Below are positions 54,211 to 64,000 of a DNA stretch of 64,000 nucleotides, piece after piece (position 1 is the stretch's first letter; every line of letters starts with the position of its first letter). Location: positions 548,089 to 612,088 of the forward strand of contig JAWQFM010000016.1 in NCBI GenBank assembly GCA_033442325.1. The letters run 5' to 3'. The stretch is from Salpingoeca rosetta (lineage: Eukaryota > Protista > Choanoflagellata). The notes under the pieces were generated by a model. That model was given only the letters and a program-made list of their open reading frames with translations, was not told the origin of the DNA and made no database searches. Position numbers and translations under genes: made by a program.

Positions 54211-54759
54211 TGCACATAACAGCTTACTTCTCGTCCATGAAGACGTGGAAGACATCGTGGCTGTTGCCGTCGTCCTTCTTCACACGGTGGTGCATGGAAA
54301 GCTCCAAGTCAAACAGTTGCCGAGCACATGCTTCGAGGGCGCCCATCATGAAGTTGGAGAGGCCGGCGTTGCTGCTGTAGTAGTGGATGGAGAGGGAGCC
54401 ATCATCGTTGCGGACGGGCCGCACAGAGGGCGCGCGCATCTTGGGGAAGGAAGGGAGGAACGACTCGTGGAGGCTGTCCAGGTTGCCGAGCATGGTGTAG
54501 AAGTCATCGCCGAGGGTGCGGAGGGCGTCACCGTAGCCGCTCTCCAGAAGACCGAAGAGGAAGCAGCGCCCAGCGTGATACTTGCAGTCCTCGATTGTGT
54601 GCCCCGTGACCTTGGCGATGGCTCCGAGAAAGGCGGTTGTCTGCTCGTCGGTGTAGAAGCGAAAGAAGTCGTCAGCACTGCCAGCAAAGTTGACCTCGGC
54701 CAGCACCATCGTCATCAAGGTTTCACCATCTGGAAGGGACTGCACCCAAGCGGCGAGGG

Positions 54760-54847
<88 letters not shown>

Positions 54848-55006
54848 CATATGCGATAAGAAACGACATTCAATCAAACCAGGCAAGTCATTGGTTGCTT
54901 GCTTGCAGCGTGGCGCTCTTATCACGCACACAAGCAGACACGCGCAAATGCACAGACACGCGCAGGCACACGTAGATTGCCTGACCTTGTGGAGGGTTCC
55001 ATACAT
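51804..55006 (-). CDS. Soluble guanylate cyclase copy B, tandem paralog; 6 exons
   Basis: MYGTLHK start at 55006, same H-NOX/PAS/coiled-coil/cyclase motifs as copy A, ends QRKASYMV*. Confidence 0.95.
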
Positions 55007-55738
55007 GTTGGAAGAAAGTCGCCGAGTTGTCGAGTTGGATTTGTGGGATTCGGCTCTGCTTGTAGCTTGTGTTGAATGAATCTGAGAATGTGCTCAAATG
55101 GCTGTGATGCGATTGGGGGTTTCGATGTGTGCGGAAGTCGGTTGGTTGGTGGCGGGCGTGTGCCGCTCTCCTCGGTTTTGTTGCTTGGGTGTTGCTTGAG
55201 GCCGTCAAGAAGAGAGGTAGCTTGCTGCCTTGATGGTGTTTAGGGTCTCGGTCGGTTGGTAAGTGGGGAAATGAGCCAAGGGCACGCGTGCATACAGCAG
55301 CTGCACGCCATGGTGACTGAGCGATGTCGTGTGTGAACATCGAGGAAGAGAAGGCGGTGGAAGAGAGCGATGGCGCTCGAGGGACGCCTGCCACCTAAAT
55401 CAACCAACACAACGCCAAAACAAAGCGTGCAGCACGCGGCGGCGCAGGATGTCAAACAAGAACGGCTGCGCGGCGGCGTGTGTGGGGATGTGTGACATGT
55501 GACGGCGCGTTGGGGGATTCGTCAAGTAAGCGTTCCTGCTTGCTTGTGTGTGCCCTTCACCCAAGCACTGTCGCCAACCAAAGCGACATGCACCCCAACC
55601 CGCCAGCACGCAAGCACTCGGCCACTGGTCAGTCGCTTGCGTCATCGTGGAGCTTGGGTGTTTGTCAGGGCGAAAATCATTTAATGTTTTGCATAAATTG
55701 TCTGACAAGGGCAGGTTTTCGCTGACCAAGCGATGGCG

Positions 55739-60191
<4,453 letters not shown>

Positions 60192-60795
60192 GTTTGGAAG
60201 AAGGATAGCAGAGATGTGTGCACTGGCAACAGAGTGGCGATGTTTTGTGATGTTTGCTTCTTGCTTCTTGGTTGTGCGACGACGCGAACGCTGGGTGATA
60301 CCAACAGACCAACAGAAGTGTGAGGCGAGGACTACCGCTCGTGCGGGCCAGCAACGGTGAGTCTGCTGTGGTTGTGGACGTGCAACGGACTGCGCCAGCA
60401 CATGCCCCTGTTGCCGGTTATCCATCATCCAGTCCACAGACTACACCAGTCCACGCCGGCGGCGGGCTCCCACCACAAAGCAACAGCAGGAGCCGGAACA
60501 GCAAGGGGGCGAACGGAAGAGCCAAGCAAGGGGGAAGGGCGAAAGGTAGCATGTAGCGCCAATAACAAAGGGGGAAAGCAAACGGGAGCAAAGGAACAAA
60601 GCTCATGCAGGCAAGCAAATGCTGTGCTGTCTCGCATGGCACGACCCGATGTGGCACAAGTAGATTGAAAGCACACAGCAAAGCAGCAAGGCACACTGCA
60701 CGGCACATTCAGTGCAGCCGCAAGGCAGAGCAACGGAAGTGGCATGCAACGCGCAAGTCTGCGGACACGCAGGACAAAAAGGCCACAGCAGCACG

Positions 60796-61565
60796 TCAGC
60801 GGCAGTGTGCGCCCGTGCTGCAGAGGACGTCCCACAGGACAAGCATCTCGCCAAAGTGGCGCGTGGTCTTCTCGTGGTGGACGTTGTGGAAGGTGGACGT
60901 GTTGACGAGCAGCGGCTTGAGCAGGCGCTCGAGAAAGGAGATCTCAAAGCCGCAGTGGAGATAGAAGTTGAGGGCGGTGAACGCCAGCACGGCAGGCACG
61001 TGCCAGTTCCACCACAGCTTGACGGTGGTCTGGCACACGAACAGCACGGGGAAGAAGGTGAGCAGGGCTTCCACGGGGTGAATGGCAAAGCCTGCGAATG
61101 TGTTGGGGTCCTTGAACTGGTGGTGGACGCGGTGCAGTGCCCACAGCGACGGGTGGTGCAGCAGCCGGTGCTTCCAGTACGTGTGGGCGTCAGCCAGGAG
61201 GATGCCGACGGCGATCTTGAAAAAGTACAGCGGCGCCCAGCCAAAGGGGCTGGCCTCCTCAACGGTGTCTGCGAACGCGGTTGGCTTGCCGGCGCGCATC
61301 TGCGCCACAGGCCACGCGACGAGGCACGCTGCTGTGAACGCCGCCCGTGTGCTCTCAAAGACGGCGGCGCGCGTATCCATGAACGTTGGTCCAGCCTTTG
61401 TTGCTGTGCGTCGTGTTGGGGCAAGGGGGGGGGAGTTCGTATGTATGTGTGAGGAGTTGACGGCTGTCTGCAGTGGAGAGAGGGAGAGAAGGAGAGAGAG
61501 GGAGAGTGGGAAAGGTGGGAGGGGGTAGGGAGAGGGAGAGGGAGAGGGGGAGAGGCGCACACAGG

Positions 61566-61610
<45 letters not shown>

Positions 61611-61879
61611 CGCACACACACGTACGCATGCGGTTCTCTGTTACCTCTGGATGGCGGCTGCTTGCGTCGATCGGCCTGCAGCTTGCGACATGTCGTGCCT
61701 TGGAGAAACAGGTGCATGGCGCCAGAGACGACGAGGTTCACTGCCGTGATCCACAGGAAGGACCACAGCAATGACGAGTAGAACATGGCCCAGTCCCAAT
61801 GGAACAGCCCAGCAAGGAACAGCGCCGCGGGCACAGCATGCCCCAGCACACGCGCCTCCTCCCTCGTCAACCGGTGCAT
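60796..61879 (-). CDS. Fatty-acid-hydroxylase superfamily sterol desaturase (ERG3/SC5D-like), 2 exons
   Basis: His boxes YWKHRLLH, LHRVHH, YLHCG, FHNVHH, plus FAIHPVE and FG...WDVLCST. Intron ~61404-61644 (AG|GTAAC...CAG). Start MHRLTREE. Confidence 0.88.
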
Positions 61880-62054
61880 CGTCTTCGCTTGGGCGTTTGG
61901 CTGTTTGGGCCGGTCAGTATTGGAGCAGAGCTGAAATCCAAACAAACAACAAACACAAACAAAATACGAAGTTCCAAAACAACACACACGAACCCAGCGA
62001 CCACTGACCCAGTGACCCAGTGACATCCCACCCACAAACAGCACGCGTGCAGTG
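61880..62054. promoter_or_regulatory. Putative bidirectional promoter between sterol desaturase and CPI1
   Basis: 175 bp between divergent ATGs; contains short direct repeats CCCAG(C/T)GAC at ~61993-62024. Confidence 0.55.
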
Positions 62055-63964
62055 ATGGCCCGTGCGGCAACAGCGTGGACCCCCGTGAACAACCCGGGCA
62101 AGGCGTTTGGGGAGCGCGTGTTCCTACTGTACGCGCCCGTGTGGATCACGGCGGTGGCCTGCGTGGTCATCTTTGGCTTCTATGCCCAGTTCAGCGCCCG
62201 CGACTACTTCCTGTTTGGCGTGGCGTGTGGCCTGCCAGCGTGGATCCTGCCCGCCATCTTCCAGCCCAAACACGATCGCACCCTCCCTCTCACCGAACGC
62301 TACTGGTGCGCGTGTGTATGCGTCCGTGTTTGTGTATGTGTATGCGTAAGCGTGTGTGCGTAAGCGTGTGTATGTGTAAGCTTATGTGTAGTTTATTTGT
62401 AAGCGTGTGTGTATGTGAAAGCGTGTGTGTATGTGAAAGCGTGTGTGTATGCATGTGTAGTTTATCTGTGAGCGTGTGTGTATGTGTAAGCGTGTGTGTA
62501 TGTGTAGTCGTGTTGTGTTGTGTTGTGCAACATTGTGTACTCTGTTCATGCGCACATTCCCTCAGCGCCTTTGCATTTCAGCCCCCCCCCCCTCAACCAC
62601 AACTCTCACTGTCCATTGCCTCCTTTGCAGGTTCAAGGCCAATGTCTGGTGTGCAGTGTTTTCGTTCATTGGACACCACTTCCTCACGGTACAGTAGCAC
62701 TGCACATGTGATGAACCCAGTGCGCGCAAGCACGACCGTCAAAGTCGCATGCATACTCGATGCGGCTTTGGAATCTCATACATTCACACACACATTCACA
62801 CACACATTACACACACAAACACACACTCACACGTCTCTTGCTTTCTCTGATGCTCCTCAGCACTACTTCTACAATGTGCTGGGTGCTCATTACACCATTC
62901 CCAGAGGCTACGAGATTAACGGCGTGCCAATGGTTTGTTTGTTGTGTGTGTGTGTGTGAATGTGTGTGTGTGTGCCTTTGTGCATGTTGTACATTCCTCG
63001 TGTGCTATCACCTCTTCCTTTTCAATTCGATCTCACCACTCAAGCAATCCACAACACGCACTTTGTGTGTTTGTATGCATCCACAGGTCATGTACTTTTT
63101 GACGCACGTGTACTTCCTGCTGTATCACTCCCTGGCCACGATGCTGCTGCGCAAAATCGACTTCTGGAGCCCTCGCCGCTCCCTGCTCTGGCGCGGGCTT
63201 GTTGTCTTTGCAATGGCATACACCACCGCCATTCTCGAGGCCTGGAGCATCTCAGCGTTTCCCCACTACGTGCGTCAGAGCATGTGTATGTGCCTGAGAG
63301 CGTGAGTGAGTGAGTGAGAGTGTGTGAGTGAGTGAGTGAGTGTGTGTGTGTGCATGTGTGTGTGTTTCTGTGAGTGTGAGTGAGTGAGTGAGTGTGTGCA
63401 TGTGTGTGTGTTTCTGTGAGTGTATGTGTTTCTCTCCCTCCCTGTCCCTTCGCGTGCGCACTTGTGTGTAGCGAGTTGTGTCATGTCACATCACATCACT
63501 CACCATCCATTTACCCTCCCCTCCCCCTTCCCACAACATTTTCTACCTCCCCCGCTTCTTCTCCCTGAATGCTCGCACGCTCGCAGGTGTACCCGGATGC
63601 GTTTGTGATGTACGCGTACGGCAGTGCGTTCTATGCCATGATGTTTCTTGTGACGTTCCCGGCCTTCTCTACTCTGGATGAAACTAAGCCACAGCCGCTT
63701 TCTTACTATGTGACACACGCCCTCGCCTGCGGCATGATGGTGCGTTGCAAGTGTTGATGCATGAATGCGCATGCGTGTGTGTGCGTGTGTGTGTGTGTGC
63801 GCGCGCGTGTGTGTGTGTGTTCGTGTTCGTGTGTGTGTGTGTGTGTTCGTGCGTACATGTGTCTGCATGCGTGTGTGCATGCGTGTTGAATGTCAAGTGC
63901 CTCACACTGCGTCTGTGCTCCAACCGTTCTTTCCCTCACTCACACACACACACACTCACACACA

Positions 63965-64000
<36 letters not shown>
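62055..64000 (+). CDS. CPI1: Cycloeucalenol cycloisomerase (cyclopropylsterol isomerase), multi-exon; 3' end lies beyond the window
   Basis: [22 protein letters not shown]|[17 protein letters not shown]|[65 protein letters not shown]. Colinear with plant CPI1 as I recall it (NPSKRWGE, RYWVKANLW, GNYFWTHYF). Confidence 0.9.

Overview
Gene-dense, intron-rich eukaryotic DNA: GC-rich exons full of poly-Q and other low-complexity inserts, short GT-AG introns packed with (GT)n/(CA)n microsatellites, and four N gaps. The style suggests a choanoflagellate such as Salpingoeca rosetta, but that is inference only. Most ORFs in the supplied track are microsatellite or antisense artefacts. Splicing by eye gives 14 genes, in order: 3' end of an S28 prolylcarboxypeptidase (+); a small, probably myristoylated P/Q/Y-rich protein (-); a ~19 kb SMG1 PIKK kinase (-); a secreted bacterial-style beta-propeller protein with a frame break (+); a flavin amine oxidase (-); ALG6 (+); an HflX/GTPBP6 GTPase (-); a PD-(D/E)xK nuclease plus kinase fusion of Crinkler-effector type (+); a tandem double UxaA/GarD dehydratase (+); two tandem H-NOX soluble guanylate cyclases (-); FPGT (-); a sterol desaturase (-) head-to-head with a plant-type cyclopropylsterol isomerase CPI1 (+, truncated by the window end). 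The most interesting items are the nuclease-kinase effector, the CPI1/desaturase sterol pair, the gene-converted sGC pair with an altered heme motif, the split-motif double UxaA, and a strand-polarised GU-5'/CA-3' intron architecture. Exon boundaries were read manually and are approximate.
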